Source: Chthoniobacterales bacterium (GTDB taxonomy: Bacteria > Verrucomicrobiota > Verrucomicrobiia > Chthoniobacterales > UBA6821). Taken from it: a DNA stretch of 50,300 nucleotides. Position 1 is the stretch's first letter; each line of letters begins with the position of its first letter. The DNA lies in the NCBI GenBank assembly GCA_035287205.1, contig DATEBV010000358.1, positions 1 through 50,300 on the forward strand, written 5' to 3'. The notes beneath the pieces were generated by a model. The model did no database searches. It was not told where the DNA came from and saw nothing but the letters and a program-made list of their open reading frames with translations. A program made the position numbers and the translations under genes. Positions 35,675 to 44,941 of this stretch are shown here, piece after piece.

Positions 35675-36670
35675 TTCACGTTCAATAGCCGTAATGAGTG
35701 AGGAGGGATTGGCTAAAGGGGCAAGGAAACCAGGTGATTCTACTTCTGTAATAGAAAAACGATGAGCCAAGGGGCGCAGGCTCGTGATAGTTTCTGTTGT
35801 TTGACGGTTTGATTCTTGCGCTACAAGTAGTGCTATGGGAGCCGTGATCGTTGTTAGCCTTGCTGGAAGACTACGCCAGAATTTACGGGAGCTTTGAGCT
35901 AAAAAAGCATGCTCAGTTCCATATTGTTGTGCTGTGGATGTTAGGACAGTGAGGATTTCTTCAAAAGAGGGATCTTCGGAAGGAAAATGAGAGCGGATAA
36001 GCCAGTTTCTAATAGAAGCCTCTGTGCTTAACTGACGATGATAGACTAAGCGTGCAAGAGGGGGAAACCAAGAAAGAGAATAGGTGCCTGCTAAAGGGAA
36101 AGGACTTTTAGTTCCTTTTATGGCCAATAAAGGCATCCAGAGAAGAAGACGCACCACTTTATTGGGATAGGAGGCGCTTAAAAGAAGAGCAAGGTTAGCA
36201 CTCAGTCCCGAAGCAATAATAGTAACTGGCTTACCCTTGGTTGTGGCTTCTAGAAACTCTGCAAGAGAACGTGTTTGGGCATGAGCAGAGATGGCAGGAC
36301 GAGGGCGCTGAGACTCTCCGAAACCAATCAAATCAGGAACTAAGACCTGATAATTAGGTGCAAAGTGAGGATACACTTTAGACCATTCGAAAGAGGACGC
36401 CCCTGGGAAAACACCATGGAGAAAGAGGAGAGGCTCTCCTTCTCCTGAAGTATGATAAACGATTTCACCCGAAGAGGTATTTAGAACACGGGTGGCAAAG
36501 ACGGCGGGTGAAATAGCTTCTGAAAGAGGACTACGCAATGGATTTTTCCAACCTGATCGAAGTGCTAAAAGAAGAGCTCCTAGAAGTCCCACACCAAGAC
36601 CCGCCCCAACACTCATACCGATGGGGGAGAGCTTGTCCGGAGAATGATTTTTTTTAAAAGACTTGCTCAT
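35636..36670 (-). CDS. alpha/beta-fold hydrolase with N-terminal membrane anchor
   Basis: 344 aa; LLFLHGVFPG oxyanion-type HG motif, nucleophile-elbow-like IIASGLSAN. C-terminal GIQIPSFGGRI is encoded by repeat A13. Confidence 0.65.
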   Translation of the reverse strand: MSKSFKKNHSPDKLSPIGMSVGAGLGVGLLGALLLALRSGWKNPLRSPLSEAISPAVFATRVLNTSSGEIVYHTSGEGEPLLFLHGVFPGASSFEWSKVYPHFAPNYQVLVPDLIGFGESQRPRPAISAHAQTRSLAEFLEATTKGKPVTIIASGLSANLALLLSASYPNKVVRLLLWMPLLAIKGTKSPFPLAGTYSLSWFPPLARLVYHRQLSTEASIRNWLIRSHFPSEDPSFEEILTVLTSTAQQYGTEHAFLAQSSRKFWRSLPARLTTITAPIALLVAQESNRQTTETITSLRPLAHRFSITEVESPGFLAPLANPSSLITAIEREVGIQIPSFGGRI

Positions 36671-36735
36671 TTGATGCTGTAATTGCTCATTTCCTTCTGG
36701 CGATCAGGAAACCTTGAAATCACTAGTCAGCGGCT

Positions 36736-37863
36736 TCACAATTTCCCTAAACTCTTAGATGTTTTCTTATAGTCTTTGCCAGAATGAGTTAAACAATTAG
36801 CTGGTTCTAATTGAACATCACCAGTGCCTTTGATGATTTTTCCAATAATTTTGCCTCCGACAAGTTTGGCTACTTGTTTTTCATTTTCTTTGGATACGAC
36901 AAGAACCATGCCAATGCCCATATTAAAGACACGGTACATTTCTAGCGGATCGATGGAGCCGCCCTGTGCAATCAGTTGAAAAATAGCAGGAATTTTCCAA
37001 GAGGTAGAATCAATAAAAGCATCACAATGACTAGGAAGAATTCGAGGAAGGTTATCGATGAGGCCTCCTCCTGTAATGTGAGCTGCTGCGTGGAGAGTTT
37101 TTTTTCCTAATGTTGCTACTTTTTCAAATGCTGGAAGGTAACTGCGATGGACTTTGAGTAATTCTGCCTCCAATGTTGTGGTAAGGCCTTGTGGACGGCT
37201 TGAGAGTTTCAACTTCATTGTTTCCAATAGGACCTTTCTTGCAAGAGAGTAGCCATTCGTATGGAGACCATTCGAAGGGAGTCCAATAAGACTATCACCT
37301 ACGGTGACACGACTTCCATCGAGGAGTTGTTTGCGATCAACAACACCAACAATGGTTCCAGCAAGATCATACTCACCAGGATGATAAAGTCCTGGCATTT
37401 GGGCTGTTTCACCTCCGATGAGGGCGCAACCAGCAGCTTTACAAGCACGTGCTACTCCTGTGATGATCTGGCGAAGTACAGTGGGTTCAAGTTTTTCTGC
37501 AGCAATATAATCCAAGAAAAAAAGAGGGCGGGCCCCTGTCACTGCAATATCATTCAGACAATGATTGACAAGATCAGCGCCAATGGTGTCATGACGGTTA
37601 GTTGCAAAAGCAATTTTTAACTTTGTGCCAACACCATCAACACTAGAAACCAAAACAGGATCTTTGATTTTACGTCCTTTAAAGTCAGGGCGAAAAAGAC
37701 CACCAAACCCACCGATACCACCTAAAACTTCAGCTCCATGTGTAGGACGTACGAGCTGACCAATTCCTGATTTAAGACGATTGCCTAAGGCAACATCAAC
37801 TCCTGCTTTAGCATAGGAACTGGTTGAAGAACGTTTTGAGAGAATTTTGGAAGGAGAAGGCAT
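36736..37863 (-). CDS. purM: phosphoribosylformylglycinamidine cyclo-ligase (AIR synthetase)
   Basis: GGFGGLF, SVDGVGTKLKIA, GGETAQMPG motifs. Confidence 0.92.
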   Translation of the reverse strand: MPSPSKILSKRSSTSSYAKAGVDVALGNRLKSGIGQLVRPTHGAEVLGGIGGFGGLFRPDFKGRKIKDPVLVSSVDGVGTKLKIAFATNRHDTIGADLVNHCLNDIAVTGARPLFFLDYIAAEKLEPTVLRQIITGVARACKAAGCALIGGETAQMPGLYHPGEYDLAGTIVGVVDRKQLLDGSRVTVGDSLIGLPSNGLHTNGYSLARKVLLETMKLKLSSRPQGLTTTLEAELLKVHRSYLPAFEKVATLGKKTLHAAAHITGGGLIDNLPRILPSHCDAFIDSTSWKIPAIFQLIAQGGSIDPLEMYRVFNMGIGMVLVVSKENEKQVAKLVGGKIIGKIIKGTGDVQLEPANCLTHSGKDYKKTSKSLGKL

Positions 37864-37950
37864 GGTAACTATTCGGCCAATAGGCCGAATGTAAGTTTAA
37901 GTTGTAAGTTTAAGTTGAAGTTGATTTTTGGTCACTTCGTGACAATGTAA
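37864..37950 (+). repeat. Family C element (C2) filling the whole purF-purM spacer
   Basis: ggtaactATTCGGCCaataGGCCGAATgtaagtttaagttgtaagtttaagttgaagttgatttttGGTCACTTCGTGACaatg. Abuts the purM ATG (37861-37863) and ends 4 nt from the purF stop. Confidence 0.9.
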
Positions 37951-37954
37951 AAAT

Positions 37955-39484
37955 TTATGAGAGAGGAAAAAGGGGAGGTTGAATGGTTTCGTCAGGCAAG
38001 AAATGAGCTTTTTTGCGACGTTGTTCCATGATAAGTTTATCAAAAGAAGCATCGAAGGGTACCGGATACTCACCTGTAAAGCAGGCAAGACAGAAACTCT
38101 CTTTAGGAAGTCTTGTGGCCTTGACCATACCGGCTACATCAAGGTAACCAATGCTATCTGCGCCGAGGTATTTGCAGATTTCTTCTTGAGTGTATTGATT
38201 AGCGATCAGTTGTTTTGGATCAGGAAAATCAATGCCGTAATAACAAGCATGGCGATGAGGGGGACAACTAATGCGAAGGTGGACCTCTTTGGCACCTGCT
38301 TCTCTGAGGTTGATAACTCGTGTTTTAGCGGTAGTGCCCCGGACAATGGAATCATCAACTACAACCACACGTTTTCCTTTTACAGAATCCCCAATAAGGT
38401 TGAGTTTCACACGTACATTAAAGTCACGAATAAGTTGTGTTGGTTGGATAAATGTACGTCCGATGTAATGATTGCGTACAAAAGCAGGGTCGTAAGGAAT
38501 ATTGAGTTCTTCAGCAAATCCGAGAGCGGCATAAATTCCTGAGTCAGGAACAGGAATTACCATATCAGCTTCTACAGGATGAAGTCGTGCGAGTTCTTGC
38601 CCCATACGAACACGAGCCTGACTTACATTAACATTATGAATATTACTATCAGGACGTGCAAAATAGACATATTCAAAAATACAAAAAGCTTCTCTAGTGC
38701 TTGTGAAGGGAAACTCCGAGCGGATACCTGATTCATTAATAATAACAACCTCTCCAGGTTCTACATCACGAATAAAGGTAGCTCCAATAAGATCAAAAGC
38801 GCAGGTTTCCGAGGCAAGGACCCAAGCATCGCCAAGCTTTCCGAGAGAAAGTGGACGAAATCCATGAGGGTCACGCACTCCAAGAATTTCCTTTTCGCCC
38901 ATGATGACTACACTAAACGCTCCTTCAAGATGGCGTAGAGAACCCAGAGGGCTTGTTTCTTCTCCGTTACTGCTTGGCTGAGCTAGGAGGTGAAGGATGA
39001 TTTCACTATCTGAGGTAGCTTGAAAAACGGATCCCGTTTGTTCTAATTCGGCACGCAAGCGTGTGGCATTGACTAAATTTCCATTATGGGCAATAGCTAA
39101 TTGTCCACGGTGGGTATCTGCCGTGAGTGGTTGCGCATTAAGGAGACTACTTGATCCTGTGGTTGAATAGCGGACATGACCAATGGCTCTTGTTCCGTGA
39201 AGTTTTTCTAGCTCTTCTTGTTTGAAAACCTGACCGACAAGGCCCATACCTTTGGTAATTTGGAAGGGAGTTTGATCTCCACTATAAGTGGCAATGCCGG
39301 CGCTCTCTTGACCTCGATGTTGAAGTGCAAAAAGGCCGTAATAGGTTATCAATGCTGCTTCAGGATGCCCGTAAATAGCAAAGACGCCGCATTCGTGTTT
39401 AGGATAACTCTCAAGATCACAACCAAGGTCGTGATTTTCAGGTTGATTTGGAGGTTGAAAACTCGCAGTTGGGAGTGGATTCAT
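37955..39484 (-). CDS. purF: amidophosphoribosyltransferase
   Basis: Propeptide followed by nucleophile CGVFAIYGH; PRPP loop VVVVDDSIVRGTT; C-terminal Cys ligands (CYYGIDFP, CLACFTGEYP). Confidence 0.92.
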   Translation of the reverse strand: MNPLPTASFQPPNQPENHDLGCDLESYPKHECGVFAIYGHPEAALITYYGLFALQHRGQESAGIATYSGDQTPFQITKGMGLVGQVFKQEELEKLHGTRAIGHVRYSTTGSSSLLNAQPLTADTHRGQLAIAHNGNLVNATRLRAELEQTGSVFQATSDSEIILHLLAQPSSNGEETSPLGSLRHLEGAFSVVIMGEKEILGVRDPHGFRPLSLGKLGDAWVLASETCAFDLIGATFIRDVEPGEVVIINESGIRSEFPFTSTREAFCIFEYVYFARPDSNIHNVNVSQARVRMGQELARLHPVEADMVIPVPDSGIYAALGFAEELNIPYDPAFVRNHYIGRTFIQPTQLIRDFNVRVKLNLIGDSVKGKRVVVVDDSIVRGTTAKTRVINLREAGAKEVHLRISCPPHRHACYYGIDFPDPKQLIANQYTQEEICKYLGADSIGYLDVAGMVKATRLPKESFCLACFTGEYPVPFDASFDKLIMEQRRKKAHFLPDETIQPPLFPLS

Positions 39485-39525
39485 TTATGAAGGCAGATAA
39501 CCGTTCAGCCCTCGCTGTGCGGCAA

Positions 39526-40319
39526 CTGAAGTAATAGGAAGAAGGAAAAAAGAGGAAAAAACAGCCACAAAAGAACGACCAGAAAAGTGCAGGGTAAAGA
39601 GTAAAGGGTTAAGAGTTCTGAGGCGGAATTTGCTAAGTCAACACTATATGACCAACAGATGGGATCTAGCCAGCGAGAAGAGCAGAAATTAACCGCAAAA
39701 GAACACACAGGAACAACAAAAATTCTGTAATCAAGATAAGAACCTTAGTAGTGTAAAAGTTGATACGGTATAAGATATCATACGATACGATTGCTGTCGA
39801 GTAACCGTATAGGTCCTTCCAAAGAAGAGTAGGTCTTAATACCTATGGTTAAGGTAGTAGTAATTTTTAATAGCTTTTTTAATCAATGGCCTAAATTTTA
39901 TGTTTAATGACAATTCTTTAAAAGCCTTTTCTAATTTTTCAGGATGCTCTATGAGGTCCTTGCAGATAACTGCCGAATTTTTTGGCAATACGAGTTACAA
40001 ATTCTTTCTCATGAGGAGGCATTGTGTTGCGATTCACAAAAGCCCAGTTGGTTTCATACAGGCGCAGAGCTGTCTCCTCCGTCATTTGTGGAGTATGACG
40101 ATTCCAACATAACGCTGCCAATTCTGGAAAGTCATTCCAAAAAATGAGCTGATCTTTATGATGCTCGAGAATTGCATTTTGCATGAGAAAAGTATAGGCG
40201 TTGGCGTTACGGCTGTCGACAGGAAGAAGGAGCAAATTAACGACAATAATTACTCTGTTAATTACTTCTACGTTCTTTGTGTTCTTTTGTGGCTATTTTC
40301 TTCCTTCTGCTTATTTCAG
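39526..40319. mobile_element. Family B-bounded 794-bp segment (B3) enclosing ORF 39939-40235
   Basis: Left arm: ctgaagtaataggaagaaggaaaaaagaggaaaaaacagccacaaaagaac, plus a second arm-like block at 39684-39725. The right arm reverse complement reads ctgaaataagcagaaggaagaaaatagccacaaaagaacacaaagaacg. The right arm contains the protease stop codon. Confidence 0.6.
39939..40235 (-). CDS. hypothetical small helical protein (possible cargo of a family-B-bounded segment)
   Basis: 98-aa ORF (81 aa from ATG 40184); no family recognised; the only ORF between inverted family-B arms 39526-39587 and 40271-40319. Confidence 0.35.
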   Translation of the reverse strand: MLLLPVDSRNANAYTFLMQNAILEHHKDQLIFWNDFPELAALCWNRHTPQMTEETALRLYETNWAFVNRNTMPPHEKEFVTRIAKKFGSYLQGPHRAS

Positions 40320-42106
40320 TTTTCGTCTGCCGGTTGAACGAATAGTAGCTCTACGAATTTTCCAGTGACCTCACCAAGAGGTTGAAAAATTTCCTTGTTC
40401 CACCAGTGATAGCAATTGGTTGAGTAAGAGTACCAGGTAGTAGAAGATTCTGGTACTGCTGGTGGTGAAAGTTTCAAAAGAGCCTCGAGTGCTTTAGGAA
40501 TATTCAGTCGTCCTGCAATAATTTTTCCTTCGAGCGAGGGGATTTTATCCGTTGTGTTGAGTAGTGTCGTAATGAGGGTATCATAAGGTTGATCAGGAAA
40601 TTGATCTTTAAGGAGAGCAAAGGTTCCGCTAACAAAAGGCGCTGCCATGGAGGTGCCACTACAGATGGCATAGGAGGTATTAGAGTCGGCATATGTTGAT
40701 GTGATATCCACTCCAGGGGCAGCTAAATGAATTGTTTTAGAACCATAATTTGAAAAGGGAGCAAGCTTGTCATCCCATGTTGTTGCTGCCACGGCCACAA
40801 TGTTATCAAGTCCATAGCAAGCTGGATAGATAGGGCAGAGATCGCTATTGACCGATTCATTTCCTGCTGCGGTGACAAAGATAATGCCTGCCAGGCGAGC
40901 GCGAAAGATGGCGCTTAAAAGCGAAAAATCAAAGCCTCCTTCAGAGCACCAGCTATTATTTAAAATTTGAGCTCCATGCCTACGTGCATAGTCGATGCAT
41001 TGAATTGCATCGCTGCTTATACCGACACCATCAGTATTAAGATATTTGCACGCCATCAGTTGAACATGTGGAGCAATGCCAGCAACTCTAAAATAGTTGT
41101 CGCTTGTTCCTCCAATGATTCCTGCGCAATGGGTACCATGGCCATCGTCATCCATTGGATTACCATTATTATCATAAGCATTCCAGCCATAGGTGTCGCC
41201 GTAGGTTGGAGAAGGGTTGCACCACATGTTAGGAGCAAGGTTGTGATGAGTATAACGGATTCCTGAATCGATGACCGCAACGATGGGTGCAGAGTTATTG
41301 AGTTGATTCTTTTTCGTTGTAGGAAAAGAGGTGTTCTGAATTGTTGGTTGATCGAATTTCCAGCTCCACCAGGAATTCCAATTTTCATAAAAGCTGTTTA
41401 TATTAGGAATGGTAGTAGCTTTGCAGATAAAATCGGGTCCGCTCATCGAAGCAATCATTTCACTGGTCGCAAGTTGATCTAAAGCCTGTGGTAATGATTC
41501 AAGTGATGATGAGGAAAGATTGACTTGGTAAAGAGGGGCGTCGGGAGTTACTTGTTTGATAGAGATTGCTAAGGATCCCAAGTTTTTGAGAAGAGTCATT
41601 GGTTCTTGTTCATCGGCTAAGGTGACTAGTAAATGGTCGGCAGCCATTTCTTGCCGCGTAATGATACAGCCCGAAGTTGTATCAATGATTTCTTCAGTGC
41701 GAATATAAGGGTATTTAAAATCAGTTTGTAAGATTCTTAATCGCGTATTCTGATGAGGTTTAGGACCTGCAATCTCTTGAGATTCGACCACATGAGCACC
41801 GGGAAAGAAGTGTAATTCCTCATCAGAGGGATGATCAAGAGGGGCAGGGAAAGAAGCAGTGATTCGTGGTGGTAAGAAGGCGCTGGTGGGTGCTGATGGA
41901 ATGAAAGGATTTCTTGCACTCTTTGCGTGAGCTGTAGCAATAACTGAACGATTGTGATGAGAGTGATTGCGAGAGGAAGAGAGAATGGAAGTGGTTGAAA
42001 CAGGAGTAACTGTTTTCTTTTGATAAAAGATTCCGATAAAATATGTGATGACAATGGCAACTAATGCTACATTCACCCTGAAAATTTGAGAATGATGTCG
42101 TTTCAT
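40316..42106 (-). CDS. membrane-anchored subtilisin-like (S8) serine protease
   Basis: N-terminal TM helix; catalytic triad contexts VAVIDSGI (D), HGTHCAGIIGG (H), SGTSMAAPFVSG (S). Confidence 0.85.
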   Translation of the reverse strand: MKRHHSQIFRVNVALVAIVITYFIGIFYQKKTVTPVSTTSILSSSRNHSHHNRSVIATAHAKSARNPFIPSAPTSAFLPPRITASFPAPLDHPSDEELHFFPGAHVVESQEIAGPKPHQNTRLRILQTDFKYPYIRTEEIIDTTSGCIITRQEMAADHLLVTLADEQEPMTLLKNLGSLAISIKQVTPDAPLYQVNLSSSSLESLPQALDQLATSEMIASMSGPDFICKATTIPNINSFYENWNSWWSWKFDQPTIQNTSFPTTKKNQLNNSAPIVAVIDSGIRYTHHNLAPNMWCNPSPTYGDTYGWNAYDNNGNPMDDDGHGTHCAGIIGGTSDNYFRVAGIAPHVQLMACKYLNTDGVGISSDAIQCIDYARRHGAQILNNSWCSEGGFDFSLLSAIFRARLAGIIFVTAAGNESVNSDLCPIYPACYGLDNIVAVAATTWDDKLAPFSNYGSKTIHLAAPGVDITSTYADSNTSYAICSGTSMAAPFVSGTFALLKDQFPDQPYDTLITTLLNTTDKIPSLEGKIIAGRLNIPKALEALLKLSPPAVPESSTTWYSYSTNCYHWWNKEIFQPLGEVTGKFVELLFVQPADEN

Positions 42107-42462
42107 AGTAGCCGCTCAGTCCCCGTTCCGCGTAGACTGAAGAAAAAAAGAGTTTTTTATTGTAACGTTGTCTTTCTTAAAGAAAAATCGTCATTATAAA
42201 TGATGCCGTAACTACCAAGGTAGATGCCTTGGTAGTTGTTTAGGAGTTTAGGGGAGCAACTATTTACGGCAGGCCTTAAGACCTATCTAAGTGACTACTT
42301 TTTGAATAAAATGCAGGAGTTATAGAAAAACTTTCCCTTAAACCCTTAAACATTTAAACTATTAAACACTACCAACGTCTTCATAGGCGTTGGTAGTTAC
42401 AAGATGTCTAAAAAAAGAAATTAACAAGGATAGAAGCGATGAATGAAAGAAACCTGGAAAAT

Positions 42463-42541
42463 AAAAATACCGGTTCGCTTTTTACCTTGTCACGAAGTGA
42501 CCAAAAATCAACTTAAACTTAAACTCTCAACTTAAACTTAC
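42463..42541 (-). repeat. Family C element lacking the ATTCGGCC hairpin (C6)
   Basis: aaaataaaaataccggttcgctttttaccttgtcacgaagtgaccaaaaatcaacttaaacttaaactctcaacttaaactta. Confidence 0.8.
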
Positions 42542-42577
42542 TGCAAAGTAGTAAATACTCTTTACCCATTACTTTTT

Positions 42578-43528
42578 ATGAGACTCCTTCTTGTCGATGG
42601 TCACTATTATCTTTATCGGTCTTTTTTTGCAATTCGTGGATTGAAAAATTCCCTGGGAGAACCAACGAATGCCATTTATGGATTTGCAAAAGCCCTGCGC
42701 AAGATGTTAGTTGATTTGAAGCCTGATGTGGCAGCAGTGGTTTGGGATGCAGGGTTGCCAGAGCGTCGTACAGAGCTTCAACCAGCTTATAAACAGCATC
42801 GTGAGGAAATGCCTGATGAATTAGTAGTTCAAGAAAGACCCCTCCGTGAATTAGTCTCCTTTTTGGGATTTAAGAGTGTTTTACTGCCTAATACAGAAGC
42901 TGATGATTTAATTGCGTCTTATGTTATAGCGGCTCGTACTGAGGGGATAGAATGTGTGGTGGCAACCAATGATAAAGATATTTTGCAGCTTGTCAGGGAG
43001 GGAGTCTCGATTTATTCGGTGTCTAAAGTAGACTTAGAGAATTCTAAGACAGGTCCTACAGGATATGCATTGCTTGGGATCGATGAGGTAAAGGCTAAAT
43101 GGGGTGTTGAACCAGCTCAGATTGCTGATGTTTTAGCTCTGACAGGGGATGCGGCTGATAATATTCCAGGAGTTGTTGGTGTTGGAAAAAAAACAGCGGC
43201 TAAATGGATTCAGCAGTATGGATCGCTTGACGCTTTGCTCTCAGAACCCAACCTGGAACCTAAGATTAAGGTTAAAGTGGATACTTCGAGAACTCAGATT
43301 GAAGAAAATCGTCTTATGGTAGGGCTTGATCTTGATCTTCCTCTTCCTTTACCCATCAGCGAGATGATGATTACCCCTCGTTATCCAGAACTTATTAAAG
43401 CCCTGAAGCATTTTGAATTTCGATCTTTAACCGCAGAGGTAGAAAAAGAGGCGAAAAATGCTGGCGTAGTAATTCAAGAGGAAAAGAAAATAGAGAGGGC
43501 TTCACAGCAAGGAGAGTTCGCATTTTAA
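42578..43528 (+). CDS. stand-alone 5'-3' exonuclease (Pol I N-terminal / FEN-like)
   Basis: 316 aa; MRLLLVDGHYYLYRSFFA, TNDKDILQL, H3TH region LTGDAADNIPGVVGVGKKTA; no polymerase domain. Confidence 0.88.
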   Translation: MRLLLVDGHYYLYRSFFAIRGLKNSLGEPTNAIYGFAKALRKMLVDLKPDVAAVVWDAGLPERRTELQPAYKQHREEMPDELVVQERPLRELVSFLGFKSVLLPNTEADDLIASYVIAARTEGIECVVATNDKDILQLVREGVSIYSVSKVDLENSKTGPTGYALLGIDEVKAKWGVEPAQIADVLALTGDAADNIPGVVGVGKKTAAKWIQQYGSLDALLSEPNLEPKIKVKVDTSRTQIEENRLMVGLDLDLPLPLPISEMMITPRYPELIKALKHFEFRSLTAEVEKEAKNAGVVIQEEKKIERASQQGEFAF

Positions 43529-43560
43529 CGTGCCAACGTCAAATAAAACTATTAAGAGAA

Positions 43561-43622
43561 GAAAAGAAGGAATAGCCACAAAAGAACACAAAGAAACACA
43601 AAAAAGAAAACCGGATCGTAAC
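43561..43622 (+). repeat. Family B solo arm (B4)
   Basis: attaagagaagaaaagaaggaatagccacaaaagaacacaaagaaacacaaaaaagaaaacc, about 30 nt after the 5'-3' exonuclease stop. Confidence 0.8.
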
Positions 43623-43651
43623 TTTGTTTGTTTCGGCTTTAATGAATCATT

Positions 43652-43885
43652 AGACTTCTTTGAAAATTCGCCTATGCTAATGAAGTACAAGGAGTCTACG
43701 GCGCGCAAAACCTGAGTGTACAGCAGTACTCGATGGTTTAAGATCGAAACTTTTATTTCCATCGTAGCGAGACGTAGCGTTCATCGAATCTTCCGCAAGT
43801 CGTAGTAGATGGAAATAAAAGTTTCGTTCTAACACCGGAGCGACGAAGTAATTTATTAGCAGAAGTAGAATTTCCAAAGAAGTCT
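43652..43885 (+). repeat. Family E element with outer arms and an internally deleted core (E3)
   Basis: Outer arms: agacttctttgaaaattcgcctatgctaatgaagtac / gtaatttattagcagaagtagaatttccaaagaagtct. Inner 22-bp stem: 43742-43763 / 43808-43829. 28-nt block cctgagtgtacagcagtactcgatggtt at 43711-43738. Ends 1 nt before ATG 43887. Confidence 0.85.
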
Positions 43886-43886
43886 T

Positions 43887-44522
43887 ATGAAACGACAATT
43901 TGTCCAAGAGATGGGGCGTAGCCCCCGTTTTACCATTCTTGAGTTACTCCGATGCTCAGAAGGAGGGCTTCCTGTTGATGATCTCGCGACAAAGCTTTCG
44001 ATGAGTTATATGGGAGTTAAAGCTCATTGCCTTGAAATGGACGATGAAGGATACCTCGAAACATGGCGTCAACCAGGAAAACGTGGTCGTCCTCGGATGC
44101 TCTATCGGTTAACAGAAAAAGCTTATGATCTTTTTTCTGAAGAGAAAAATGATCTGGCTCTTTCATTTCTTACTGTCTCAAAGAAGCTTTTTGGTGCTAC
44201 AGCACCTCAGAAAATTTTGATGCTTCATTATCGTGCCGTTTCTGCCAAGTATAATGAGCAGATCAAAGGTGCTACGACAGAAGAACGAGCAGCTTCTTTT
44301 GCTCGTATACGTCATCGTGAAGGATATCTCAGTGATTTTGAGGAAGGTCCTCCTTGGCGTATTATTGAGAATCACTATCTTTATCGCGATCTTTTAATGG
44401 CCTATCCCGAAGTGGATGCCTTTGAATGTCAGATGATCAGTGAAGTTCTTGGTGTGCCCGTACGGCGTGAAGTGACGATGGTTGCAGGATTGTATCGGGC
44501 AATTATTAGCAGCAAGCTGTAA
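43887..44522 (+). CDS. winged-helix (ArsR-like, COG2345-type) transcriptional regulator
   Basis: 211 aa; N-terminal wHTH with GKRGRPRMLYRLT wing motif; the start codon is abutted by the 3' arm of repeat E3. Confidence 0.65.
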   Translation: MKRQFVQEMGRSPRFTILELLRCSEGGLPVDDLATKLSMSYMGVKAHCLEMDDEGYLETWRQPGKRGRPRMLYRLTEKAYDLFSEEKNDLALSFLTVSKKLFGATAPQKILMLHYRAVSAKYNEQIKGATTEERAASFARIRHREGYLSDFEEGPPWRIIENHYLYRDLLMAYPEVDAFECQMISEVLGVPVRREVTMVAGLYRAIISSKL

Positions 44523-44547
44523 GTGCTGCTTTGCAGTTTGTTTAAGT

Positions 44548-44860
44548 GGGAAGAAGGAATAGCCACAAAAGAACACAAAAAAGCACAAAAAAAGAACCTG
44601 GGTGGTGGAATTAATTAATTAGAGTCTCTAAGTTGAATAGATAGGTCATTAGTACCTCAATTCCATTTTGTAAAAAGATTATCGATGATATAGGAAATTT
44701 TTGTATTTCTTTGTGTTATTTTGACTCGCTCGCTCCCGTTCAGCAGCCCTATAGGGCTATTCGAGCAAGGCTCTTCATAGTCCATCTCACGGCCGCTCGA
44801 TTACTGGTATTGTGGCTATTTTCTTCCTTCTTTCTATTACTTTAGCTTAGTTTGAGCTCT
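44548..44860. mobile_element. Family B inverted-repeat element (B5); right arm split by an 84-bp GC-rich insert
   Basis: Left arm: gggaagaaggaatagccacaaaagaacacaaaaaagcacaaaaaaagaacc. Right arm is in two pieces, 44697-44722 and 44808-44860 (tattgtggctattttcttccttctttctattactttagcttagtttgagctc). The insert 44723-44806 contains the palindrome agccctatagggct. Confidence 0.75.
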
Positions 44861-44904
44861 CAAAAAATGTTTCAAAAATAAAATTAATTGTTGAGATGAA
44901 TTTT

Positions 44905-44941
44905 CTGTAGCCTGCCACCTGTAACCTGTAACCTGCTGCTT
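44905..44941 (+). repeat. CCTGYAR heptamer tract abutting the lysA start codon
   Basis: ctgtagcctgccacctgtaacctgtaacctgctgctt-ATG. Confidence 0.85.

Noticed and set aside
43502-43907. ORFs 43530-43715 (+), 43502-43762 (-) and 43677-43907 (-)
   Set aside because: They are translations of family B arm B4 (IATKEHKETQKRK) and of the E3 hairpin. The same peptide types recur wherever these repeats occur, for example the N-terminus of ORF 46579.
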